Of a stretch of 64,000 bases of DNA, positions 1-18,719 are shown in pieces; the stretch's first letter is position 1, and every line of letters starts with the position of its first letter. Source of the stretch: the human T2T-CHM13v2.0 reference genome, Homo sapiens; NCBI RefSeq assembly GCF_009914755.1, contig NC_060927.1; one strand, written 5' to 3'. The notes beneath the pieces are model-generated. The model made no database searches and was not told where the DNA came from. It saw only the letters and a list, made by a program, of their open reading frames with translations. The position numbers and the translations under genes are program-made.

Positions 1-3138
<3,138 letters not shown>

Positions 3139-3201
3139 TATGATGTTAGCTGGTTATTTTGCTCGTTAGTTGATGCAGTTTCTTCCTAGCCTCGATGGTC
3201 T

Positions 3202-4219
3202 TTACAATTTGGCATGTTTTTGCAGTGGCTGGTTCTGGTTGTTCCTTTCCATGTTTAGTGCTTTCTTCAGGAGCTCTTTTAGGGCAGGCCTGGTGGTGAC
3301 AAAATCTCTCAGCATTTGCTTGTCTGTAAAGGATTTTATTTCTCCTTCACTTATGAAGCTTATTTTGGCTGGATATGAAATTCTGGGTTGAAAATTCTTT
3401 TCTTTAAGAATGTTGAATATTGGCTCCCATTCTCTTCTGGCTTGTAGAGTTTCTGCTGAGAGATCCGCTGTTAGTCTGATGGGCTTCCCTTTGTGGGTAA
3501 CCCGACCTTTCTCTCTGGCTGCCCTTAACATTTTTTCCTTCATTTCAACTTTGGTGAATCTGACAATTATGTGTCTTGGAGTTGCTCTTCTGGAGGAGTA
3601 TCTTTGTGGTGTTCTCTGTATTTCCTGAATTTGAATGTTGGCCTGCCTTGCTTGATTGGGGAAGTTCTCCTGTGTAATATCCTGCAGAGTGTTTTCCAAC
3701 TTGGTTCCATTCTCCCCATCATTTTCAGGTACACCAATCAGACGTAGATTTGGTCTTTTCACATAGTCCCATATTTCTTGGAGGCTTTGTTTGTTTCTTT
3801 TTATTCTTTTTTCTCTAAACTTCTCTTCTCACTTCATTTCATTCATTTGATCTTCTGTCACTGATACCCTTTCTCCAGTTGATCGAATCAGCTACTGAGG
3901 CTTGTGCATTCATCACGTAGTTCTCCCCTGCCATGGTTTTCAGCTCCATCATGTCCTTTAAGGACTTCTCTTTATTGGTTATTCTAGTTAACCATTCATG
4001 TAATTTTTTTTTCAAGGTTTTTAACTTCTTTGCCATGGGTTCGAACTTCCTCCTTTAGCTCAGAGTGGTTTGATCATCTGAAGCCTTCTTCTCTCAACTT
4101 GTCAAAGTCATTCTCCATCCAGCTTGTTCCATTGCTGGTGAGGAGCTGCATTCCTTTGGAGGAGGAGAGGCGCTCTGATTTTTAGAGTTTCCAGTTTTTC
4201 TGCTCTGTTTTTTCCCTGT
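3202..4219 (-). pseudogene. Disrupted L1 ORF1
   Basis: The C-terminal 186 aa are intact (3202-3762, ending PLQKHAKL). The start codon is mutated (ACA at 4219-4217) and the coiled-coil region is frameshifted. Confidence 0.93.
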
Positions 4220-5249
4220 CTTTGTGGTTTTATCTACCTTTGGTCTTTGATGATGGTGACATACTGATGGGGTTTTGGTGTGGATGTCCTTTCTTTTTGT
4301 TAGTCTTCTTTCTAGCAGTCAGGACCCTCAGCTGCAGGTCTGTTGGAGTTTGCTAGAGGTCCCCTCCAGACTCTGTTTGCCTGGGTATCAGCAGCGGAGG
4401 CTGCAGAACAGCAGATATCAGTGAACAGCAAATGTTGCTGCCTGATTGTTCCTCTGTAGTTTTGTCTCAGAGGAGTGCCCAGCCATGCAGGGTGTCAGTC
4501 TGCCCCTGCTGGGGGGATGCTTCCCAGTTAGGCTACTCAGGGGTCAGGGACCCACTTGAGGAGGCAGTCTGTCCATTCTCAGATCTCCAGGTGCGTGCTG
4601 AGAACCACTACTCTCTTCAAAGCTGTGAGACAGGGACATTTAAGTCTGCAGAGGTTTCTACTGCCTTTTGTTTGGGTATGCCCTGCCCCCAACAGTGGAG
4701 TCTACAGTGGCAGGCAGGCCTCCTTGAGCTGTGGTGGGCTTCACCCAGTTCAAGCTCTCAGGCCGCTTTGTTTACCTACTCAAGCCTTGGCAATGGTGGG
4801 CAACCCCCCCCAGCCTCGCTGCCGCCTTGCAGTTTGATCTCAGACTGCTGTGCTAGCAAATGAGCGAGGCTCCGTGGGCGTAGGACCCTCCAAGCCAGGC
4901 ATGGGATGCAATTTCCTGGTGTGCCGTTTGCTAAGACCATTGGAAAAGTGCAGTATTAGGGTGGGAGTGACCCGATTTTCCAGGTGCTATCTGTCACCCC
5001 TTTATTTGACTAGGAAAAGGAATTCCCTGACCCCTTGTGCTTCCTGGGTGAGGCAATGCCTCGCCCTGCTTCAGCTCCTGCTCGGTGCACTGCACCCACT
5101 GTCCTGCACCCACTGTCCGACACTCCCCAGTGAGATGAACCTGGTACCTCAGTTGGAAATGCAGAAATCACCTGTCTTCTGCATCGCTCACGCTGGGACC
5201 TGTAGACTGGAGCTGTTCCTATTCCGCCGTCTTGGCTCTACCCTTCTGC

Positions 5250-7500
<2,251 letters not shown>

Positions 7501-7510
7501 CCATAATGGC

Positions 7511-7625
<115 letters not shown>

Positions 7626-7799
7626 AAATTTTAAATGAAATGTGTTAAATGTAAGTCATTTGAATTTAACAGCCGAAAAATTATCTTAAAATGTTGTATT
7701 ACTTCAGGTAAGAAGAACTACAGTTTTTAATGATACTTTGCCTTTTAAAATATGGGAGAAACCTTAAGAGTTTGAAGAAATTGTTTTTTAACTATGTAT

Positions 7800-8445
7800 A
7801 TCAAACAGCATTTATAGACTCTCTAGTCTGAAAGATAAGAAAGTTGATCATACTTTTACCTCTTGCCAACTTGTTCTTCCCCCACTGTCTTATAATTTTA
7901 TTTACCCATTGTTAAGATGTATGACATTGATTTTTGCTGTAGCCACAGTTCATGATGGTGTCCTGTCTTAATTCTATGTTGAACTGAATTTAGTTCTCAC
8001 TGTTATTTTAACACAACTTACCCATTTTTGAGTTCTTCATTTTAAATTGTATTTTGTTTGGTTGAATTTATCATCAATTACCCCCTCCCCATAAAGACTC
8101 ATAGGGGGAATGTTCTCTGAGTCCTTAAGGCTTATGAGTTTCTGTGTTTAGCCTTGTACTTGTAGTAAACTTGGCTAGATATGAAATTTCCTCAGAACTT
8201 TTCATATATTGCTGTACTGCCTTTTATCATGTAATGTTACTATGGAGGAATCCGAAGACATTCTAATATTTCCCCTTTGTATATGAACTACTTATTGGCC
8301 TATATGTCCATAGAATTCTTTGGGTATATCTTTGAAGTTTAGCAGCTTTTCAGGATATTTCTTACTATAGTTCTTTTTGTATTACTTTTTCCTGAGTTAT
8401 GTCCTTTTGACTATAGATTTAGATTTTTATTTCAAGAAAATATTT
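7800..8445 (-). mobile_element. Old L1ME/HAL1-like fragment
   Basis: T-rich sequence with an antisense ORF1-like motif (TTGGCTAGATATGAAATT...). Confidence 0.45.
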
Positions 8446-8449
8446 TTGC

Positions 8450-9853
8450 ACCTTGGGGCTTGACCTGTTGGAACTTTTTCTAAAGGGCTTTTGCTTGGAA
8501 TCTGGCATTGGGCAGAGGCCAGAAAGGTCCTGGGGTGACTGTCAGTGGAGGCTTGAAGCAAAGGGAAGAGAACACTATTGAAAGTTTCATAAAAGAAAGG
8601 TTATGTTGTACATTAGCAGAACAGTTGATGAGACTAGCTCCTGTAGCAACTTGGAAAAATATAAATATCTAATTAACTTATGTATCTACCTAAGTTATTT
8701 CCAGACAGGATATTGAAAGCACCACGGATATTGAAAGCGCCACCTGGTTCTTTGAGCTACTTATAAGTACAGTCAGGAAGAGAGAAACTAAAGAAGGAAC
8801 TATTTTATTTTTTAAGCATAATTTAGAAGAAGTATTTCCATCGTAGAACTTGTTGGCTTAGCAAATAAAACTATTTCTCATTCCAATATTATTAGTCAGG
8901 AGAAATTTCTCAACCTAAGTCATAGTCTCAGGGCAAATATAAGATAACAGAACACTGCCTGTAAAATGTGGCTTTGCATTCAAGAACCTATAAAATCATT
9001 TGTTAAGACGTTAGAAAGATATAAGGTGATGTCTCACAGACCCTTTCTCATCAAAAAAAAGGACTTGTAATAATCTTAAGTGCATGATTTGTAGAACCCC
9101 TCAGCTAGACGATGGGAGTTTTAAAAAACTCGAGTCTTATCTTATAGCACTTTGACTCACAGTCAGAAAGTAGAGATAGACTTTGTGGGTATTGCTTTTG
9201 TCTAATGGAGTAAATTATAACTTGATACCTAGGAATGCCACAGAATTTTTAAAGGGATTATATCAGCTTATACTAAAAGATAGCAGAAATAGTTCAGAAT
9301 AAAATGAGGCCTCCAGACCTCTAACTTACTTTGAGTAAAAAGAAGTTTGAGAAAACGACTCATCTGTACACATGGAACTTTTTATGTGGGTTAAAAGAAA
9401 GAATGACTCTAAGGAAACAGCTAAAGCACAGCGCTTAAAGCCAAGAGAAATGGGAAATGATCAAAGATTATGGCAGAACTGGGTCCTGATCAAGGAATCT
9501 GTGATATGTGCCCAGTTGAATTTCAGAATTGCTGTGAACCTCTGATGATTATGTACCTTCTCTTGTCCTCACTGTTGAATGAGAGTGTCTACTGTAGTGT
9601 TTCTGACCCATTCTCATCTCACGTTGTGTATTGAGAGCGTGTTGGGGTAGTTAGAAACTTGCCTCTTTAGGTCACATGCCTTCAGATAAAGAGCTGTACC
9701 TGAGGAGCTTCAGTCATATCTGAAAATGATTTAAATGACGATACTCTGGACTCCAAAACAGAATCTGAGACTGTAATGGATGAGATGAGGTCCTGGTGGT
9801 TCTTGGGAGTTAGAGGGGTATATTTTGCATGTGGGAGGGAGATCAAAGGTACA
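8450..9853 (+). mobile_element. ERVL-MaLR (MLT1) internal sequence
   Basis: MLT1-int-like sequence (GGGCAGAGGCCAGAAAG... and TATTTTGCATGTGGGAGGGA near its end) directly upstream of an MLT1 LTR. Confidence 0.65.
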
Positions 9854-10350
9854 TGACAATAAACTCTTATTTTAGTGACTCCTAATGAGCCATGCCTTCC
9901 AGTATTTATGCTCTAGTTTAGTCCCCTGTCTTTGAATTTGGGTTGGCTCTGTCGCCCACTTTAAGCAGTAAAATGTGCCGGAAGCAATACTATGTCAGGT
10001 CTGGGCAGCTTCCACTTCCGAATTCTTGGAAGTAGTCTCTCACACAAGTCCAACTATCTTAAGACCACCGTGCAGCGAGGAAGCCCAAACTATCCAGGTG
10101 GAAAAGCCATGTGGGTGGGAACCAAGGAACCCATGCAACACGCCTAGCTGAGCTCTCAGCTTACCTTCCGCACTGAGTTGCCAGCCATCTGAGTGATACT
10201 CATCAGTGAATTAGTTGAGCCATCTATGCAAATGTTATATGGGGTGTAAATGGTCCTCCTTAAGCTCTGTCCAAATTGCAGATTTGTAAGAAAGTAAAAT
10301 TTTAAGCTACTTTGGGATATTTTATTATACAGCAATAAATAACTGAAACA
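9854..10350 (+). mobile_element. MLT1 (F/G-like) LTR
   Basis: Typical MLT1 3' end TTTTAAGCTACTTTGGG...ATACAGCAATAAATAACTGAAACA. Confidence 0.75.
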
Positions 10351-11075
10351 TCTTGAATTTCTACCTTGAGTTATTTTTATTGCAGACATCATGTATTTGA
10401 GACCATGGGGGCAATTTCTTTTAATGTGTATTTCTTCATCTCTTTTTTGTTGATGGTGTTTTCTTCATCCTCTCCAGCCCTCCCCACCAATTACCTATAT
10501 ATTTGTTTCTGTTGCATCCTTTTTGAGTATTACTAATCATCAAGTAATTTAACTAAGTAATTGAATAACTTAGTAATTCAAATAAAATGAAGTATTGGCT
10601 TATAAATAAGAATGCAAAGTGATGTATGGAGAGGGTAAATTATAATGGCTTCAATTCAGGTTTCACTCCTGTGTTCTCTGCCCAGCGTGATATCACCATG
10701 TGGGTTTCAGTATTTTGAGTGTTTCTGTGGCTCAGAAAGTAACCCTTAAAAGTTACAAAATCCCCTGCTTGTAATCCAGTGACTACCGCTATCCTTCCTC
10801 TGTTTTTCCCACCTTATCTTCAGCAATCCCTTTTAGTAGTAAATACAGAGGCCATAAAATTTATTGTTCAAATGATCACACTGCCCTTATATGGAAGGGG
10901 CTTCTATTTATAATTGCACTAGGATGGTAGGCATAAAATGGGCAAATCAGGTCAGCAAGCAACATTGTTTGTAAGCTTGGGTTTTGGATAATATAAACGG
11001 CGTGCGCCTTCTTGAGCTCTACCTACTTAGCTTTCCTGCTGTGGGAAAGAATAGGACTATGCAGTGACAGTCCCA

Positions 11076-11453
11076 TGCTGTGGTTTGAGTGTTCTTTTCT
11101 CCTCCAAAATTCATGTTGCAACTTAACCCCCAATGCAACAGTAGTAAAATGTGTGGCCTTTTGGAGGTGATTAGGTCAAGAGGTTTCTTCTCTTGTGGAT
11201 GGATTAGTGCTCTTATAAAAGGGCTGGAGGGAAGTAGCAAGGTCTCTTTTTGCCTCTCCACCTTTTGCCATCTGAGGACATAGCAAGAAGGTACCGTCTT
11301 GGAAGAAGAGAGCAGCCCTTACCAGACTGTGAACCTGCTGTTGCCTTGATCTTGGACTTCTCAGCCTTCAGACCTGTAAGAAGTAAATTTCTGTTCTTTA
11401 TAAATTACCTAGTCTATGATATTTTGTTATAGCAGTGGGAACAGACTGAGGCA
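11076..11453 (+). mobile_element. MST-family (MaLR) solo LTR
   Basis: TGCTGTGGTTTGAG start, CTTATAAAAGGGCTGGAGG, CTTGATCTTGGACTTCTCAGCC, and GACTGAGGCA end. Confidence 0.85.
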
Positions 11454-13829
11454 CCTCACTTCTCCTTTGGCTTGCCTATGTCTCTATATCTCATTGTTTC
11501 CATCAATGAATTATTGCATTGACCATTTTAGACTAGGTCATTTGCATATTGAAGGAATTCTATATCCTGCCTAAATTTCTATGAAGGCTACGTGTAGCTG
11601 TCAGTGACTTTTCTCATTTGGGGTCAGGTTACAAAGCACATGACAGAGTTTGTGGTTTGTGGTTCACAGCGTGTGATTTGGAATTTTCTTTATCTACCTC
11701 TGTCATTACTATGGGGATATACTTTCCTTCTATTTTTACTTTTTCAAATTGCTTTTCTGGGTTTAGAAGGAGAAATGTGGAATTACATATCTTTACTTTG
11801 TTATCGTTAACTGGAAGACTACTGTTTTGATATAGAGATATGACCATGATATAGAGCCAAACAGAAGAAAGCAGATTATAGTGCATTAGTTATGGTATGT
11901 ATCCCTTTGTGTTAAAAAATACATTTTGCATTCCTAACCTACTACTAAGAATATTTATTTCACTCCTAACCAAGGTTATTTTACGGAGTGGAGAGGACGT
12001 ATATAATGTATATAATTCTGAAATTTTTGCAATGGGCATGAATTAATTTTATAACTCAGAAAAGAAATCAATGAAGATAATTCAATTTTGGAGAAAACCA
12101 AAAAGACTCAGACTTCCGTGGCCCTTATTACATCATGGTGTTGAAGATCCATGCCACAAACAAGTTATCTCGTGGTTAAGCATGCAATGCCCTTTTATTT
12201 TGACCCCAGTAGCCTTTCATCAAAATTTTCCCATTGCAGACCTTACAGAGAATTATCTTCCTGAGCTCAAGAAAATCTAAAAGTTGCAAGGCAAGGAGCA
12301 CTTTGTTGCCGTAGGTTAAGGGCTACTAGGATAGGATTGAATTAACCACCACAATAACAACAAAAAGAAAATCCCTTGTCCGTATGGTTGATGCCTGTTG
12401 TGTGGGCTTCTGAGTCCACAGTTGGCCTGTTGTTCCCTGACTCTATTTATTCCCCTAGCTCACGTTACCATTTTCCTGCCCACTGTCCTCTGAGTTATTC
12501 TCCCCTGGGACTCAGCATTAATATTTTAGCAATAGTGATCTATCCTTTGGCATCTACAAAATGTAGGAGACAAGCAGTAAATCACAGCAATAAGCGTGTG
12601 TTGCCAGAGTTTCCATGGAGGGCTTTACTGAGCACACCAAGAAATGGATTCATGAAACTTAGTGTGCTAGAGTGGAAAGTAAAACACAGAAATGAAATAG
12701 AGTGGTGCACACAGCTGTCACACTCATGTCAGAAATCTACACGAGAAAGGGAGGCATCAGTGGCTCGAAAAGATCTTCCAGGGAAGAGCAGAGCTGCTAT
12801 CGCGTGTCAAGCAGCTGACACAGGAGCCAAGCTTGACGAGTCATTTTGATGCTTAGCTGGAAAATTCCTTGGAAATAAACACAATTGTTCAAAAAAGGCC
12901 AAAAAATCCAAATCAATATAGACAAGAGAGCTAAGGGAATGAAAAAAAACAAGTAAATGAAGGATAATGAAGGCCTCTGTACCCACTCCTGGTCATAACT
13001 GGACCTCAACAAGGGCAGGTATTTGAGGTTAAGAAGTTGACTTGTGCAGTGGAAAAAATATGTCCAAAGAGCCATGTGGAGCTGTGCTGAGACCTACCTT
13101 GCTCACTAGCCATTTGGATTTAGAATATTTGGAAAGCAACTTTGCTCTTGAAAAATTCTCAGCTGGTTCTGTTTGGTTTCACTGACTCTGAGTTTGGATT
13201 TCTTTATCTGTAATGTCAAGATAATAGTATTCTGTCCATGATGTCGTTTTGAAGATTAAATGAGATAACACTGATAAACACCTGTAGTCTAAAATTGTTC
13301 AGTAAATGCTGGTTGCCAGTTCTCTGGAGCTTGTCCTCTGCCCCTAAGTTCTCTGGGGTGAAACACTTCTGTGCCTTGCCCTGACCTTTCTCCTCTTCCT
13401 GTTTCTCTTCTTCCTCTTTCTCCCTCCCCTGCTCCATAAAGATAGTGAAGCCCTGAGCTGGCAGATAAATTGGACTCCCGCTCAGGTGAAGCAGAGAGAA
13501 TTCTTGATGTATTTTTTTTTCTGTAGCTGAGGAAGCAAGTTGCATTTGTGCTGCTGGTTTCCATTACTGGGCTGGTCGTATTTTATCTTCCCTTAAGTGG
13601 CAGCCAGATCCCTCCAGGTCAGGTCAACACAGAATCTGAATACAGGAGAGAGAAGCAGGTACTAAAGCTGGTCAGAAGTATTTATTTCTCTTACAGCTGT
13701 ACTATCTAAAAGAGGCACTAAAGTTTTCCAACGTGAGGCTGGGAGTTGCAATTCTCCTCTGCAATGCCCTTTGAGCTTCAGGCCTGTTTCCACTCAGCTG
13801 ATTCTCCATGATGCTCATGACCTTGTTCC

Positions 13830-14395
13830 TTTGCCCAGGTTTCATCACAGCGCCCATCTTCTCAAAGCCATCATTAACTCCCCATTGCCCATAAAATATA
13901 TCTCCAAATCCTTACCCTGGTATACAGTGCCTGCTACTCTGACTCATACTTACTCTTTGTTTTATTTTCTACCATCCCTAAGCACTTGCAAGTCTAATAC
14001 CAAACTATTCACTGTTTCCCACCTACTCCTTATATTTTCCTGCTTCTGTGCCTTTTTGATGTGTCTGGAATATTCCTTTCTCCTCCTTCTCCTCCTCACT
14101 CCCGTGGTCAAGTCATACCTGGTCTGCAGAGCCCAGCTCCAATGTAAGCCATGAAGTTTTATTTGTGCACCCTTCAGCTGAGGGTAATCCTACCTTTCTC
14201 TGAACTCCTTTGGTTTTCTGTGAACAGAGCACTGATGACTGGTACTAAGAATTCTCCACTCTGCAGTACAGGCTTTTCCAAGCTTAGTGTTCTTCCCTAA
14301 TAGAATGTAGGCGCCTTGTAGATAAGACTTATGCCTGACCCCTACTGCTTTTCCCCACAGTGTCTAATATACTTTGGCAACTGGATGACTGAATT
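13830..14395 (+). mobile_element. L2 fragment
   Basis: Degenerate L2 3' motifs (TAGAATGTAGGCGCCTTGTAG...CACAGTGTCT). Confidence 0.5.
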
Positions 14396-17169
14396 TGAGG
14401 ACATTAGTTGAGCTGTTTACATATATACAGTTACTGATGACCTAGGAGTTGATACACCAAGGATGTCAAATTCCTGCCATGCATGCCCTCACAGCTCCTC
14501 TGGTGCTGGTGGAAAAATTCTCACACATTCACCCCAGTCAGGAAGTGGCTGCTTGGAGAAGTAGGTAGAGAAGGATTCTCAGGTTGTGTCTTGTGCCAGT
14601 GGGATGGAGTGCTGTGATTGATTGGTGATGTCTCCTATTACCGATGGATCAGAATTGACAGAAAGGTGGAAACGTTATGTTTCCATATTGGTAGAAAGAA
14701 AGTTCTGATAAATGGGATGGTTATACTTACAATGAAAACTGACTCTTCTAAAATTGTTAGGAGACAACATAGAATTGGAGTTAACTTTCATTTGGACCTC
14801 TTCTACTTGGGAGCTAGTAGAAAATTACTTAATCTTCATTTTCCCACATGTCAAATGAGTTACTATCACCTATTTTGCCCACCTCAGTTAAAGAAGTATT
14901 TTTTCGGTGTTATGATGGCAAAAGGAGATATATATGAATACATCAGTTTATTTTATGTTAATTCTGATGACTTTCCTTTTGGTCTAGAAGCTTCTGTACT
15001 GTCAAAGTCCAGTGATGTCCATGTTGACCTCCAGTTGAGGCATCTTAGGCCTAGCAATGAGGCCATTTGAGATCAAAGCCTTCCAACTGGGGAATGTGGC
15101 ACTTAACTCTCTCTTCCCAAGTCAGGCCGGAGATGTGAGGATGGACACAGCTCTCCTGTTGTGTTTTGTACACACTGAATTTAATATCCAACCAATTTGC
15201 CCTTTATATCCAATCAAAGAATAAGTGGCTCATGAGAACAGAGTACAGTCCTTCAATTCTGCATTTCTTCCTTGTGTTTATTCTTTGACCTATTTATTAA
15301 CAAACACAAAACACCTTTCCTCTTAAAAAACACAATATTTCAATCCAAATGAAATTATTTTTTAAAAAATGACATTAGGATATGTACAGTTTTCTCTCCA
15401 ATGTAGTTTCCAACCCCAATAAGTAAGTTCTACGCTCTGAAGAAGCTACATAGAAATTAAACTAAGTGTATCCAAACAAGTTCATAATTTTTATGCTACT
15501 GTCTCCTTTAAGGCCTAAGAAATTACCTATTGACCCTTTTAAATATTAAATCCCTTTTATTATCCCTTTTATTGGCCATCTACTTAATGTTAAGTGAAAG
15601 AGCCCTAAAAATAGGTCCAACATTTAAAATCTGTGATAATTGCCCTTGAATGGGCAAGAGAGTAGACCTGTCTGTATCGAGTGCTCATGAAGTCAAATCT
15701 TGCGAGGCTTTTCTGATCTGGACTGGGAAACCACGTCAGCCCTTTGGGCCTCCTGCTGAAATGGACTCTTTCAAGTAGGAAACATAAATTAAGTCAAAAG
15801 ATTGGAGTTCTAGAAAATCTGCCATTCCCCACCCCTCTCCAAAGCCATAGAAGAAAATAAAAGAGCAAGAGGAAAGAGATTTGTGAAATGGCTAATGAAA
15901 ACTAGTCACATAAGGACATTAAGCCAAGAAAATCTGAATGGGGAAACTAAGCGTCAGATATGAGAATGTTAAGGAGATGGTTACTCTCCCTGGTTGTGTA
16001 AAGCTGGGCGGTTTTCGCAGCCATGTGGTGTACCTGCTGACTAGTCACTTCATGCTGCTACACAGAGAAACTTGGAAGGCACTAAAGGCTTCTGAAGGGC
16101 ACTTGTCACCATCACATAATAGGATATTTTGTGGTCTGGAAAAATTATTTGATTGAATGCTTTAGCGATTTCAATAGTGATTTGTTCCTTCTGTCACATT
16201 TGTTACATCTGTGTTAGCATCCCAGGGAAAACAATACAGTTTGTGATTTGTTACCTGTATTGTTTTCAGAATAAAAACTGGATGACTTCCTGTGTGTGTG
16301 TTTATTTTTCCCTCACCAGGTGAAGCTGTTACTCAATAATTAACATTAGGTTTAGACACTGGGTTTAAGAAATAAACAAAGCACTTGATTGTTTTTTTTA
16401 CACCTCCATTATGGGGAAGAACTTTAGGGGAAGGCAGGGAGAAAAGACTTTTCAAGAAATTGCTATACAACACGATGAAGAAATCTCTCTGGGATTATAA
16501 AAACATAAAAATATAGTTGGATGGTGAGACCACCTGATTCTCCTGGGAACTCTGCTGACATTTCTGATAATAGAGAAGGGTCTCTGTGTGAATCTCAGAA
16601 GCATTCTGTAATTTTTCCCTCTTCTCTCTTCAGCTCAATGGGTTCCTGGCCAAACCCCAGGACCAGGCATTGAGAGAGAGGCTGGGTCTCAGCTCACTCT
16701 CAAGATGAAGTGAAATGCCAGATGTGCTCCAAATACTGTCTGAAATCTCCAGGGAAGTTAGAAAAAAAAACTTCAGAGCTGTCTACTTTGTGAACAAAAA
16801 AAATCCCCAAATTAAGCCATCCAGGGTAGCTTCTGACCAACTCTTTGGTGCTTGTCTCCTATGGCACGGTTGAGAAATCCTGTTCCAGTCAACGTGGGTC
16901 TCTATGGGAAGGTGCTGAGTGAGGGTGTTTGGGGAAGGTCACATTTCAAGTGGAAAGTGAAAATCTGCACAGCATGGGAAAAGGAGAACCACTGTCCACA
17001 GGAGACAGGTCTTCATTAGTCTTAACTAAAATATTGACATTTCAATTGGACCTTTGGTAGTAATTGCTCTGTTGCACAAATACAAAATGTCCAGCCAGGC
17101 CAGAACTTAGAATACCTGTCCTAGATGCTTAAGAGTAACTAACAAAAACTAGATAGATTTCAAAAGTAT

Positions 17170-18250
17170 TAGAAAACAAGACACAGACTGGGAGAATATG
17201 TTTGCAAATGACAGCTGTAAAGGACTGTTATCGAAAGTTCACACACAAAATAACTTAAAACTCAACAATAAGAAAACAAGTAACCCAATTAAAAAATAGT
17301 CAAAATACCTGAATGTCAAAGAAGATACACAGATAGCAAAGAAGCATATGAAAAGATGCTTGATGTGGCATGTCATTAGGCAACTGGAATTGCAAATTAA
17401 AATGACAATTAGATACCACTATGTACTTATTAGAATGGCCTAAGTCCATGACACTGATAACACCAAATGTTGGTGAGGATGCAGGGCAACAGGAGCTCTT
17501 ATTCATTGCTAGTGGAATTGCAAAATGGTACTGTCACTTTGAAAGATGGTTTGATAGTTTCCTACAAAACTAAACATACTTTTATCATACACTCCAGCAA
17601 TTTCACTCCTTGATATTTTCCCAAAGGAGTTGAAAATGTGTGTCTACACAAACACCTGCATGCAGATGTTTATAGCATCTTTATTCTTAAGTCCCAAAAT
17701 TTGGAAGTAACCAAGACTTCCTTTAATAGATGAATAGATAAATATTCAGTACAAAAAGAAATGATCTGTTAAGCCATGAAAAGACATAGAGAAAGTTTAA
17801 ATGCATATTACTAAGGGAAAGAAGCCATTCTGAAAAGGTTACATACTGTATGATTCTAACTATGTTACACTTTGGAAAAGGTGAAACTGTGGAGACAGTA
17901 AAAAGACCAGTAGTTTCCAGGGGTTGGAGGGAGTAGGAACAGAGGGCACTTAGGGTAATGAAACTACTCTGGATGGTACTGAAACAGTGGATACTTGTCA
18001 TTACACATTTGTCCAAACCCACAGAATGTACAACCTCAAGGGTAAACCTCATGGTAATGGACTTTGGGTGATAATAATGTGTTAATGGAAGTTCATGGAT
18101 TGTAACAAATGTACCACTCTGGTGGGGGATGTTGATAACGTTGTGGTGGGGGGAGGTTGTGCAGATGTGAGTACAGGGTGTATATGGGAACTCTGTAATT
18201 TCCACTCAATTTTGCTGTGAACTAAAACTTCTCTAAAAATATAAAACCTA
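17170..18250 (+). mobile_element. L1MC1/2-like 3' fragment
   Basis: ORF2 C-terminal-like sequence, then the 3'UTR motifs CATTTGTCCAAACCCACAGAATGTACAAC and ACAAATGTACCACTCTGGTGGGGGATGTTGATAA. Confidence 0.8.
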
Positions 18251-18372
18251 GTAAAGAAAATGGATGGCTTGAAATTTGGAGGAAAGTAAAAAATGTCAGA
18301 TATAAGAGGCAATGACAATAGAGAAGCTCTCTTTCCTTTTAGCACCATTGGCCCTTCTTTGATTTCTTAAAA

Positions 18373-18503
18373 CCCATTTACACCTAGTGTTCCCATTATT
18401 GGAACGCAAAGCATGTGGGAGTTATTTATATCCTATTGCTCAAGGTCATCGCCAAGGTCTGATTGCAAAAATTCAAAAAATTGCAACCTCAGGTATAAAT
18501 GGG
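18373..18503 (+). mobile_element. MER85 (piggyBac/PGBD3 non-autonomous MITE)
   Basis: 13-bp TIRs CCCATTTACACCT / AGGTATAAATGGG, a right-hand TTAA target, the internal palindrome GTTCCCATTATTGGAAC, and GCTCAAGGTCATCGCCAAGGTCTG. Confidence 0.92.
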
Positions 18504-18719
18504 TTAATAATCTTGAAATGCCTACTATTCATGGAGTCCATTTGGGCATGGAAGGGCTTCCCATGCGTTATGCCACTCAATCCTGATAGCTGCCCTATTT
18601 ATAGGTGTCAGATTAGATAAAGAACCTGAAGTTCAGGGAGGCTCTGTGGTTTCCATAAGGGAGTCCAATTCGTGCGGAGGTCAAAATAAAAATGCTAATG
18701 CATAATTTATGAGCACCCT

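Noticed and set aside
10545-10580. AT-rich quasi-palindrome with AGTAATT repeats
   Set aside because: Short, imperfect and low-complexity; compatible with chance.
12376-15070. ORFs of 109-157 aa in unique or L2/MIR DNA
   Set aside because: No domain-like content, mostly non-ATG starts, and no consistent splice structure.
16610-16640. Strong polypyrimidine+CAG acceptor (a similar one lies at ~30872)
   Set aside because: No matching donor or reading frame, so an exon cannot be supported.
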